From: a bacterium
GTDB taxonomy: Bacteria; Blakebacterota; Blakebacteria; Blakebacterales; JAWOFN01
NCBI GenBank assembly: GCA_046497505.1
Contig: JAWOFN010000010.1
Span: forward strand, 1-60,345
Direction of reading: 5' to 3'
DNA length: 60,345 bases
Below, in pieces: positions 49,358 through 58,191 of this stretch; the first letter of the stretch is position 1, and each line of letters opens with the position of its first letter. The notes beneath the pieces were generated by a model. That model saw only the letters and a list, made by a program, of their open reading frames with translations, ran no database searches and was not told the origin of the DNA. The position numbers and the translations under genes were made by a program.

Positions 49358-50688
49358 TGGAGACCGGGACGGCCCGGGTGGTCCGTCGAGCCAAGGGGAT
49401 CAAGGGGGTCGTGGAGGTGCCCGGGGACAAGTCCATCAGTCACAGGGCTGCCATCCTCGGAGCGTTGGCTGAAGGGACGACCCGTATCGAGAGACTCGCC
49501 CCCGGCAGAGATGTGGGGAAGACCCTTTCATGCCTCCATGCCCTCGGGGTGGGGATCGAGTACGGTCCCGCCCCCGTTGAGGTCACGATCGAAGGAGTGG
49601 GAGCACCCTCGGGAGGAGCCGGGTGGAAGGTCCCGGATGGTCCTCTGGACTGCGGGAACTCCGGCACTACAGCCCGGATGCTCGCCGGTGTGCTGGCCGG
49701 ACAGGGTGTCGATGCTGTCCTCGCCGGGGACGAGAGCCTGAGCACCCGTCCCATGGAGCGTATCGCCATCCCCCTGAGGAGGATGGGGGCGGAGGTGGAG
49801 CTCTCGGCAGAGGGGACGCTCCCTATGGAGGTCAGGGGGGGCGGGCTCACAGGGATCACCTACAGCAGTCCGGTAGCCAGCGCACAGGTGAAGTCGGCCG
49901 TGCTCTTCGCCGGCCTGGGGGCGTCCGGTGTGACCGAGCACATCGAGCCTGTCCGGTCCAGGGACCATACCGAACGGCTCCTCAAACAGTTCGGTGCCGA
50001 TATCGACACCCATGCCTCTGGGGGAGGCAGAGGGGAGTATCGGGTCCGTCTTGATCCGGGCAGCCCTCTCAAGGGGCAGGAGATCGCGGTCCCCGGGGAC
50101 ATCTCCAGTGCCATCTTCCTGGCCGTGGCGGCCCTGCTTGTGCCGCGGTCGGAGCTGATCATGAAGGGCGTGGGATTGAACCCGGGGCGGCGTGAGGCGC
50201 TCCGGGTCCTGGACCGCATGGGAGCGGACATCGAGATAAAGGACCGGAGGACCTCCGGGGGAGAATCCCGGGGCGATCTCCATGTGAGCTACAGCAAGCT
50301 CACCGGCACGGGCATAAGCGGCAGCAGTGTGCCCTGGCTCATCGACGAGATCCCCGCTCTGGCCGTGGCAGCGGCTTTCGCAGAAGGAGAGAGCTATGTG
50401 AAGGGCGCCGAGGAACTGCGCAACAAGGAGAGCGACAGGATCCACGCCCTGGTGCACAACTTGAGGCTGCTGGACCTGGAGGTCGGGGAGTTCCCCGACG
50501 GGTTCGTGCTCCGAGGCAAGCAGAGCCACGACGCGGCCGAGTTCGAGAGCTTCGGGGACCACCGCATCGCGATGGCCTTCCACGTGGCGGCGCTGGCGTG
50601 CCACGGTGAGAGCATCATCAGGGGATACGAGGCCGTGGAAGTGAGCTGGCCCGACTTCCCCGATGTGCTCGAGGCCCTGGCCGTCTGA
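49357..50688 (+). CDS. aroA: EPSP synthase
   Basis: PGDKSISHRA, DCGNSGT, SAQVKSA, RDHTE, KESDR and DHRIAM. Confidence 0.97.
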   Translation: METGTARVVRRAKGIKGVVEVPGDKSISHRAAILGALAEGTTRIERLAPGRDVGKTLSCLHALGVGIEYGPAPVEVTIEGVGAPSGGAGWKVPDGPLDCGNSGTTARMLAGVLAGQGVDAVLAGDESLSTRPMERIAIPLRRMGAEVELSAEGTLPMEVRGGGLTGITYSSPVASAQVKSAVLFAGLGASGVTEHIEPVRSRDHTERLLKQFGADIDTHASGGGRGEYRVRLDPGSPLKGQEIAVPGDISSAIFLAVAALLVPRSELIMKGVGLNPGRREALRVLDRMGADIEIKDRRTSGGESRGDLHVSYSKLTGTGISGSSVPWLIDEIPALAVAAAFAEGESYVKGAEELRNKESDRIHALVHNLRLLDLEVGEFPDGFVLRGKQSHDAAEFESFGDHRIAMAFHVAALACHGESIIRGYEAVEVSWPDFPDVLEALAV

Positions 50689-50700
50689 GGCGGGCCGACC

Positions 50701-51627
50701 ATGTTGTTCGGACGATCCAGGACTGTCTCGACCCCGCCGTCTGTGGCGGCGCCGAACCTGGTGTTCCTGCTGGGAGACCCGGTGGGGCACTCCCTCTCCC
50801 CCGCTTTTCAGAATGCCGCTTTCCAGGCTGCGGGGATACCCTGGTCGTACCGGGCCCAGCGGGTGGATGGCGAGCGCCTCGATGACGTGCTGGACGCCCT
50901 GGCCCTGCTGGGTCTGGGGGGTGCGAACATCACGGTACCCCACAAGGAGGGGGCGCTCGGCTCCATGGATTCCCTGGATCGGGAGGCCAGCATCGTGGGG
51001 GCGGTCAACACGGTCTGTATCACAAAGGACGGACTGAGGGGCAGCAACACCGACGTGGACGGTTTCTTGGCGGCTCTGGGGGAGGAAGTCCCCGGCGGGC
51101 TGAAGCGCCCGGCGGTCGTGATACTGGGAGCGGGTGGTGCAGCTCGTGCCGCGGCCTGGGCCCTGGTCCGGGACGGATGGACCGAGCACATCGCAGTGGT
51201 GAACCGGACCCTCGAGAAGGGACAGGTGCTCATCAACACGCTGAGGGAGGGAGAGGCGAGGAAAGGAGGGGGGCGGACGCGTTTCGACCTCTTCCGGGAG
51301 TCCTCCGAGCTCACAGCGGACCTCAAGGCGGGAACGGGGCTGGTCGTGAACGCCACGCCGCTGGGTCAGGGGGCCCTCGCGGACCAGACCCCCCTGGAGG
51401 GTGTGGAGGGTTTCCCGGAGGAGACATTCGTGTTCGACCTGGTATACGGGGTGCGGCCCACACCGCTGGTCCGGTTGGCCCGGGCCGCGGGTCTGTCCGC
51501 GGCGGACGGGAAGAAGATGCTCCTCCACCAGGGTGCCAGGTCGTTCGAACTGTGGACCGGACAAAGCGCTCCGCTCGAGGTGATGCGGGATGCGCTGGAA
51601 TCCGCCGCACGATCCCAGGGGAGATAG
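50701..51627 (+). CDS. aroE: Shikimate dehydrogenase
   Basis: GDPVGHSLSP, NITVPHK, GAVNT, NTDVDG, GAGGAARA and NATPLG. Confidence 0.96.
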   Translation: MLFGRSRTVSTPPSVAAPNLVFLLGDPVGHSLSPAFQNAAFQAAGIPWSYRAQRVDGERLDDVLDALALLGLGGANITVPHKEGALGSMDSLDREASIVGAVNTVCITKDGLRGSNTDVDGFLAALGEEVPGGLKRPAVVILGAGGAARAAAWALVRDGWTEHIAVVNRTLEKGQVLINTLREGEARKGGGRTRFDLFRESSELTADLKAGTGLVVNATPLGQGALADQTPLEGVEGFPEETFVFDLVYGVRPTPLVRLARAAGLSAADGKKMLLHQGARSFELWTGQSAPLEVMRDALESAARSQGR

Positions 51628-51633
51628 CCAGAG

Positions 51634-52830
51634 ATGCTGCGATTCATGACCGCGGGCGAGAGCCATGGACCGGCCCTCACGGGCATCCTCGAAGGCATGC
51701 CCGCCGGCCTCCACATCGAGCCCGACTATGTGAACACCCACCTGGCCCGGCGTCAGATGGGGTACGGTCGGGGCGGCCGGATGAAGATCGAACGGGACGA
51801 GGTCCAGTTCGTCTCCGGCATGAGGTTCGGGTTCACACTCGGGGGCCCGCTGGCTGTGCGGATCCCGAATCTCGATTGGTCGAACTGGGAGCGGAAGATG
51901 GCTCTGGGGGGTCCTCCGGACGACAGCCACCGGGTCACACTCCCCCGTCCGGGGCATGCCGATTATGCCGGGGCCGTCAAGTACGGCCACCTCGATGACA
52001 TGCGGAACGTGCTGGAGCGGGCCAGTGCCCGGGAGACGGCGATGCGGGTGGCGCTCGGGTCCATCGTGCGTCGGCTCCTGGAAGAGTTCGGTGTGACCAT
52101 CGGGAGTACGGTGGAGCAGATAGGAGAAGTGAAGGCGCCCTCCGCTTTCGGTTCCGAAACCAGGGAAGCCCCGGACCTGGCGGCCGTGGACCGCTCGCCC
52201 GTGCGCTGTCATGACATGGAGGCGGGGCGCTGCATGGTGGATGTCATCGACAGCGCGAACCATCGGGGGGATACCCTGGGTGGGGTCATCGCGGTCTGGG
52301 CCGAAGGAGTTCCCATCGGTCTGGGCTCCCACGTCCACTGGGACCGCAGGCTGGACGGGAAACTGGCCCAGGCGGTCATGAGCATCCCGGCGATAAAGGG
52401 TGTGGAGGTCGGTCCCGGATTCGAAACGGCCGGTCTCCCGGGCAGTGAGGTACACGATGAGTTCGTGCTGGGGAACGGGGACGCTGAGGGACAGAGGATC
52501 GAGAGACGCACCAACCGTGCCGGCGGACTCGAAGGGGGCGTGAGCAACGGCGAACTGCTCATCATCCGGGCAGCCATGAAGCCCCTCTCCACGCTGAGAC
52601 GGGCCATGGGTTCGGTGGACGTGGAGTCTGCGGAGGAACAGTCGGCCCACGTGGAGCGGAGTGATGTCTGTGCGGTACCCGCCGCGGGGGTCGTGGCCGA
52701 AGCGGTGACGGCGCTCACTCTCGCGGACGCGTTCCTGGAGAAGTTCGGAGGGGACTCCCTGGAGGAGGTACGGGCATCCTATGAACGGTATCGCGCCCGG
52801 TCCGTCCCACGGTACCGTGTGGATCGATGA
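51634..52830 (+). CDS. aroC: Chorismate synthase
   Basis: TAGESHG, RPGHAD, LERASARETA and NRAGGLEGG.SNG. Confidence 0.97.
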   Translation: MLRFMTAGESHGPALTGILEGMPAGLHIEPDYVNTHLARRQMGYGRGGRMKIERDEVQFVSGMRFGFTLGGPLAVRIPNLDWSNWERKMALGGPPDDSHRVTLPRPGHADYAGAVKYGHLDDMRNVLERASARETAMRVALGSIVRRLLEEFGVTIGSTVEQIGEVKAPSAFGSETREAPDLAAVDRSPVRCHDMEAGRCMVDVIDSANHRGDTLGGVIAVWAEGVPIGLGSHVHWDRRLDGKLAQAVMSIPAIKGVEVGPGFETAGLPGSEVHDEFVLGNGDAEGQRIERRTNRAGGLEGGVSNGELLIIRAAMKPLSTLRRAMGSVDVESAEEQSAHVERSDVCAVPAAGVVAEAVTALTLADAFLEKFGGDSLEEVRASYERYRARSVPRYRVDR

Positions 52831-53405
52831 GCCCGACACTCCGAGACGGGGCCCCGGTGCCCCGGCGTGTCTGGCTGGCGGGGTTCATGGCGGCGGGGAA
52901 GAGCACGGTGGGCCGGCTCCTGGCCGATTCCCTCGGATGGGAGTTCGTGGACACCGACGACCTGGTCGAGGCGAAGGCGGGGAGGAGCATCCCGGAGCTG
53001 TTCGAGCAGGGGGAGGAGGCCTTCCGCGGTCTGGAGCGGGAAGCGGTACGGGAGGCCGCCGCGGAAGAAGAACGTGTCATCGCCCTGGGAGGCGGGGCCC
53101 TGCAGGATGAGGGAACCCGGCGGTTCATCCGGGAGAGCGGGATTCTTGTCTACCTGCGGGTGGGGACCGAGGAGTTGGCACGGAGGCTCAGCACAGGAAG
53201 TTCGGGCCGGCCGCTGGTCCGGGGCCGGCAGGAGGAAGGACTGAGAGAACGGATCGACGAACTGCTGGAGAAGCGGATCGTCCATTATGAGTCGGCAGAC
53301 CTGGTCGTGGAGTCCGGTTCGGGCAGGACACCTGAATCCATCATGAAGGACCTCAGATATGCGATCGACAGCAGATTATCTGCAGATCCCTGTGGACCTG
53401 GGTGA
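52827..53405 (+). CDS. aroK: Shikimate kinase
   Basis: GFMAAGKSTVG, DTD, GEEAFR.LE, ALGGG and RPL. Confidence 0.95.
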   Translation: MSPTLRDGAPVPRRVWLAGFMAAGKSTVGRLLADSLGWEFVDTDDLVEAKAGRSIPELFEQGEEAFRGLEREAVREAAAEEERVIALGGGALQDEGTRRFIRESGILVYLRVGTEELARRLSTGSSGRPLVRGRQEEGLRERIDELLEKRIVHYESADLVVESGSGRTPESIMKDLRYAIDSRLSADPCGPG

Positions 53406-54471
53406 TCGGGGCTATCCCGTGCTCATCGGGAGCAGGATCCTCACCGAACTGGGGACCCTGCTCCGGAGGCGCCATGTACTCGGCAAGATCGCGGTGGTGA
53501 GCACGCCGCCGGTACTGGACCTCTACGGGGCGCAGATCGAGGAAGCCCTCGAGGACTGGGAGTCGGATGTCCACATCCTCTCCATCGCCGATGGGGAGGA
53601 GGCCAAGACCCTCGAGACCGTGGCCCTCCTCTACGACCAGTTCCTGAAGCGCGAGTTCGAGCGGTCCAGCACCATCGTGGCTCTGGGGGGAGGCATGGTG
53701 GGAGACACGGCGGGTTTCGCCGCTGCCACCCTCTTCCGCGGGATCAACTTCGTCCAGGTGCCGACGACCATCCTGGCACAGGTGGATGCGGCCATCGGGG
53801 GGAAGGTCGGTGTGAACCACCCCCTGGGGAAGAACCTGGTGGGTGCCATCTACCAGCCCCGCTTCGTCCTTGCCGACATCAGCACCCTCCAGACCCTCCC
53901 GGAGCGGGAGGTCCGCTCGGGGCTGGCCGAGGTCATCAAGTACGGGATCATCCGGGACCGGGACCTCTTCGCGTTCATCGAGGAACACCTGGACGAGCTG
54001 ATTGCGGGTGATGAGGACGCACTCACCCGTGCCGTAGCAGACTGCTGCCGGATCAAGGCGGAGATCGTCCAGGAAGACGAGCGGGAGATCACAGGACTCC
54101 GGGCCATCCTCAACTACGGCCATACCCTCGGACACGCCGTGGAGTCGCTGAGCGGGTATGGGAGGTTTCGGCACGGGGAAGCGGTGGCCATCGGGATGCT
54201 CGCGGCGGGGGAACTGGCACGGGAACACACCGGGTTCCCGGAAGAGGAGCGGGACCGGTTCACCCGCCTGATCCTGCAGGCGGGCTTCTCCACCGACTTG
54301 AGCGGTCTGGAGGACGACGCCATCATCGCCCGTACCCGGACCGACAAGAAGGTTCGGAACGGCAAGGTCCGCTACGTGCTGCCGGAACGGATCGGTGAGG
54401 TGCGCCTGGTGTCCGGCATCTCCGACGACTCGGTCCGCCGGGCCCTCGACTATGTGCGCGCACTCTCCTGA
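53359..54471 (+). CDS. aroB: 3-dehydroquinate synthase
   Basis: GEEAK, LGGGMVGD, VPTT.LAQVD..GGK, LNYGHT.GHA and HGEAV. Confidence 0.96.
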   Translation: MRSTADYLQIPVDLGDRGYPVLIGSRILTELGTLLRRRHVLGKIAVVSTPPVLDLYGAQIEEALEDWESDVHILSIADGEEAKTLETVALLYDQFLKREFERSSTIVALGGGMVGDTAGFAAATLFRGINFVQVPTTILAQVDAAIGGKVGVNHPLGKNLVGAIYQPRFVLADISTLQTLPEREVRSGLAEVIKYGIIRDRDLFAFIEEHLDELIAGDEDALTRAVADCCRIKAEIVQEDEREITGLRAILNYGHTLGHAVESLSGYGRFRHGEAVAIGMLAAGELAREHTGFPEEERDRFTRLILQAGFSTDLSGLEDDAIIARTRTDKKVRNGKVRYVLPERIGEVRLVSGISDDSVRRALDYVRALS

Positions 54472-54482
54472 GGAGAAGAGAG

Positions 54483-54926
54483 ATGCACCGTATCCTCATC
54501 CTGAACGGACCGAACCTGAACCTGCTGGGTGTACGGGACCCGGAGCATTACGGAGAGGTCACGCTGTCTGAGATCGTGGGCGAGCTGAAGCGTCTGGCCT
54601 CCGACCGGGGGTGTCAGGTGGACCACCTGCAGACCAACCACGAGGGGGACCTCATCGAGGCGATCCACGACGCCCGCTCCTGGGCCAGCGGGATCATCAT
54701 CAACCCTGCCGCCTGGACCCACTACGCGTATGCGGTCCGGGACGCCCTGGAGGCCGTGGACCTGCCTGCGGTGGAGGTCCACATCTCGGATATCAGCGAG
54801 AGGGAGCCGTGGCGGAAGGTCTCGGTGGTCGAGGACGTCTGCATCGGCCAGGTGGCGGGGCAGGGCCCCGGCGGTTACGGTATGGCCCTCGACCTGCTGC
54901 TGCGGTACCTGGAGGGACTCGACTGA
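54483..54926 (+). CDS. aroQ: Type II 3-dehydroquinate dehydratase
   Basis: LNGPNLNLLG.R.PE.YG, QTNHEG, INPAA.TH and EVHIS. Confidence 0.96.
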   Translation: MHRILILNGPNLNLLGVRDPEHYGEVTLSEIVGELKRLASDRGCQVDHLQTNHEGDLIEAIHDARSWASGIIINPAAWTHYAYAVRDALEAVDLPAVEVHISDISEREPWRKVSVVEDVCIGQVAGQGPGGYGMALDLLLRYLEGLD

Positions 54927-54960
54927 GTCGACCGGTCCGCCCGCTCTCCCTCCGCAAGGG

Positions 54961-56025
54961 TCAGAGCCACCTCTTCCGGCGGAAGAAGGCCACCATCACC
55001 AGGCCCAGCACAGCCATGATCCCCAACAGTACGAAGTAGGCCGGTCTCCAGCCCAGTTCGGGCATGTACTCGAAGTTCATCCCGTAGATCCCCGCCAGGA
55101 AAGTCAGGGGGATGAAGATGGTGGCGATGATGGTGAGGACCTTCATCACCTCGTTCATCCTGTTGCTCACACTGGAAAGGTAGAGGTCCAGCATCCCGCC
55201 CAGCATGTCCCGGAAGGTCTCCACGGTGTCGATGACCTGGATCGTGTGGTCGTAGACATCCCGCAGGAAGGTGCGGGTGGTGTCCGCGATCAGATCGGTC
55301 TCGCTTCGCTCCAGCCCGGCCATGACCTCCCGGAGGGGCCAGACGGCCCGGCGGAGCCCGAGTATCTCTCGTTTCAGACGATGGATCTCCCGGACCGTCT
55401 CCTGGTCGGGGTCGCTCATCAGTTCATCCTCGAGCTGCTCGAGGTGTTCCCCGATGTCCTCGAGGAGGGTGAAGTAATGGTCCACCACAGCGTCCAGCAG
55501 GGCATAGCAGAGGTAGCCGGGCCCCGACCTCCGGATCCGTCCCTTTCCGGCCCGGAGCCGATCCCGAACCGGTTCGAACGAGTCCCCGTGACGCTCCTGG
55601 AAGGTGATGAGGAAGTCCTCCCCGAGGATGAAACTGACCTGCTCGGACACGATGGGATCGGAGATCTCGGCCAGGGACAGCATGCGGGCCACGAGGAACA
55701 GGTAGCCGTCGTACTCCTCCATCTTGGGCCGCTGTTCGGTGTGGACGATGTCTTCCTGCACCAGAGGATGGATCTGGAGATGTTCTCCGAGCTGCTGGAT
55801 GGTTTCCACCTCATGCAGGCCGTCGATGTTGATCCAGGTAACGGAATCGCGTCCGAAGTACTGCTCGCACTCCTCCACCGAGTCGAGGAGCCGCTCTTCC
55901 CAGTGGTCGGGACCGAAGTCGATGAGTTCGATCCGGACCTCATCGGCTTTCCGCTCGCCCACATGGACCAGGGTGCCCGGGGGCAGTCCGACCTTCTTTG
56001 TCCGCCTGCGGTAGAGACTGACCAT
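54961..56025 (-). CDS. corA: Magnesium/cobalt transporter CorA
   Basis: GLPPG, HPLVQED, QRPK, MNEVMKVLT, YGMNF and MPEL. Confidence 0.97.
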   Translation of the reverse strand: MVSLYRRRTKKVGLPPGTLVHVGERKADEVRIELIDFGPDHWEERLLDSVEECEQYFGRDSVTWINIDGLHEVETIQQLGEHLQIHPLVQEDIVHTEQRPKMEEYDGYLFLVARMLSLAEISDPIVSEQVSFILGEDFLITFQERHGDSFEPVRDRLRAGKGRIRRSGPGYLCYALLDAVVDHYFTLLEDIGEHLEQLEDELMSDPDQETVREIHRLKREILGLRRAVWPLREVMAGLERSETDLIADTTRTFLRDVYDHTIQVIDTVETFRDMLGGMLDLYLSSVSNRMNEVMKVLTIIATIFIPLTFLAGIYGMNFEYMPELGWRPAYFVLLGIMAVLGLVMVAFFRRKRWL

Positions 56026-56115
56026 GCTGTACCCCCCATGAACGGTGTGAGGGTGATCGCGGGCAAGCCGCGGCGGTCCCTGCCCGCATGAGCGGGGAAA
56101 GGGGGACCAGCGGGT

Positions 56116-57918
56116 CTAGCGAAGAACCTTGGAGCGGTTGTCGACGATATCGGCCCGGTCCCGAAGTTCCATGAGCCACTGGTTGAAGGCGTTCTGGCGT
56201 CGACTCTGGAGGAGGCGCTGCTTCTCGCTCTCGATCACACTCCTGAGCTGGTCGCTGGCCGGTTCGGTGTGGTCGATCACCTTGAGGATATACCAGGCGT
56301 CGTCGCTCTCGATGGGACCGGCTACACCGCTCACGGGGGTGTCGAACGCGGCGGCGATATAGCGGGGGTCCCGTCCGATACCGTTCACGAAATCGTTGCG
56401 GGTGAAGGTCCCGGTCTCCTGGACCTCCAGACCCTCTTCCTCGGCGATCTGCCGGAAGCGGTCCGGACGCTGCTTCATGCGGTCGGCCAGCTGCCGGGCC
56501 CGTTCCCCCAGACGTTGCATGGCCTCACGTGTCTTGAGTTCTGTGACGATCTGCTCGCGGACCTCCTCGAGGGAAGGGACCCCGGCCTCGATCTTGTCCC
56601 GTACCTGGACGACGAAGTAGGCGCTGGTGTGTTCGAGGACCTCACTGACGTCTCCGACCTCGTTCTCGAAACCCCAGGTGGTGACATCGGGTTCGTAGCC
56701 GATGCCCGGGAGGAATCCATCCCGGGCCACGGGGCCGGTCTGGTCCACCGTGAGACCCAGGCGGGTGGCGGCGGTGGTGAAGTCCTCCATAGCAGCCTGC
56801 CGGCGGAGGTCGTCCAGCGTCTGGCCCAGGCTGTCGAGGGTCGCGGAGGAGGGGGCGTCCTCCAGGAGGATGTGACGAACCTTCCGCTGCTCGGAACCCT
56901 CCCGGGCCCGGACCGAGTCCACTTTCACGAGGTGTGTGCCGAACTGGGTGGTCACCGGTTCACTGACCCGCCCAGCTGGCAGGCTGAAGGCTGCCTCCTC
57001 GAAGGGTGCGACCATGTCCCCCCGGTTAATCCACCCGAGGCTCCCGCCTTCCTGGGCGGTGGTGTCATCGGAATACTGACGGGCAAGGCGGGCGAAATCC
57101 TCACCCTCCTGCAGCCGTTCCCGCAGCTCCTGGATGGTCTCCCGCCGTTCGGTGCGGTCCCGGGGACTGGGGTCCTTGTAGAGGAGCACGTAGTTGAAGT
57201 CGACCTTCTCCGGTTCCTCGAACTCACTCCGGTGGTCATCGTAGTACGACCGGACCTCCTCGTCGGAGACGGTGAGGGTCGAATCGGGGACGAGTTCCGG
57301 GCGGAGGACGGTGTACCGGGTGTCCACCCGCTCGTTGCGGTAGCGGTACGATTCCCGCGCTTCGTCGTCGGTGACGGTGACCGTTCCCAGGATCATGTGC
57401 TCGAGCTTCTTCTCGGGTATCGCCTGGGCGGCGATCTGTTCCAGTTCTACCCACATACCCGCGAAGTTCTGGTTGCGGGTGGCAGCCAGGTACTTCTGTC
57501 GGTCGAAGCTGCCGTCGGTCTGGAAATCCGGGATATCCCGGACGATGGCCGGCGGATTGGTGAGAAGCGTCTCGCGGACCTCCTCTTCGGTGGCGTGGAG
57601 TCCCAGACGTTCGATCTCCTGCCTGATGAGGGTCTGGTTGACGATCTGCTGCCACGTCTGTTCCTCCAGGTATTCCATCATGGAGGAATCGATCTCACGC
57701 CCGCCCATCTGCTGCTGCTGGTACTGATAGTTGCTCTGGAGCGCCCGCTGGTACTCCTGGACCATGATCTTCTCCCCGTTCACCTTGCCCAGGACCTGGG
57801 TCACCCCGCCCCCGGAGAAGTCCATCCCCCATGCGAAGACGATGGTGAGGAGAAAGGCCCCACCCACGATCCACATCCAGAACTTGGTCTGCTCTCTCAG
57901 CTTGCTCAGCATCGGCAT
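56116..57918 (-). CDS. PpiD/SurA-like membrane-anchored parvulin peptidyl-prolyl isomerase
   Basis: N-terminal TM; SurA_N region; F..LARQYSDD...GGSLGW...[10 protein letters not shown]...TQFG.H parvulin motif. Confidence 0.9.
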   Translation of the reverse strand: MPMLSKLREQTKFWMWIVGGAFLLTIVFAWGMDFSGGGVTQVLGKVNGEKIMVQEYQRALQSNYQYQQQQMGGREIDSSMMEYLEEQTWQQIVNQTLIRQEIERLGLHATEEEVRETLLTNPPAIVRDIPDFQTDGSFDRQKYLAATRNQNFAGMWVELEQIAAQAIPEKKLEHMILGTVTVTDDEARESYRYRNERVDTRYTVLRPELVPDSTLTVSDEEVRSYYDDHRSEFEEPEKVDFNYVLLYKDPSPRDRTERRETIQELRERLQEGEDFARLARQYSDDTTAQEGGSLGWINRGDMVAPFEEAAFSLPAGRVSEPVTTQFGTHLVKVDSVRAREGSEQRKVRHILLEDAPSSATLDSLGQTLDDLRRQAAMEDFTTAATRLGLTVDQTGPVARDGFLPGIGYEPDVTTWGFENEVGDVSEVLEHTSAYFVVQVRDKIEAGVPSLEEVREQIVTELKTREAMQRLGERARQLADRMKQRPDRFRQIAEEEGLEVQETGTFTRNDFVNGIGRDPRYIAAAFDTPVSGVAGPIESDDAWYILKVIDHTEPASDQLRSVIESEKQRLLQSRRQNAFNQWLMELRDRADIVDNRSKVLR

Positions 57919-58106
57919 GTTCGGTAACTCCGGCGTCTCCGCTTTTCGGGGGACCTCGATACGAGGCGGCAGGTGTCGTTCCCGGTCCGGTGCACGGCCG
58001 CCGACAGCGGCGCGGTCCAGACGCGGCAAGATGTCCCGGGAAAGGTCCTCGGAGCAAGTCCTTTCTGCTCGGGCCTGCGCTCCATAAGGCCTTGATTACA
58101 AAGGGC

Positions 58107-58136
58107 TTGACCCTCATTCCGGCCCGTCCCTATCAT
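58107..58136 (+). promoter_or_regulatory. Sigma70 promoter of the M23 gene
   Basis: TTGACC-18 nt-TATCAT. Confidence 0.6.
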
Positions 58137-58191
58137 GCCGCGAGACTGGAAGCGAACGTCCCCCTCCCGCAGTGCATCGAAAGCTCTTACG

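Noticed and set aside
49528-52839. 1103-aa minus-strand ORF
   Set aside because: Antisense shadow of aroA/aroE/aroC in high-GC DNA with no recognisable motifs.
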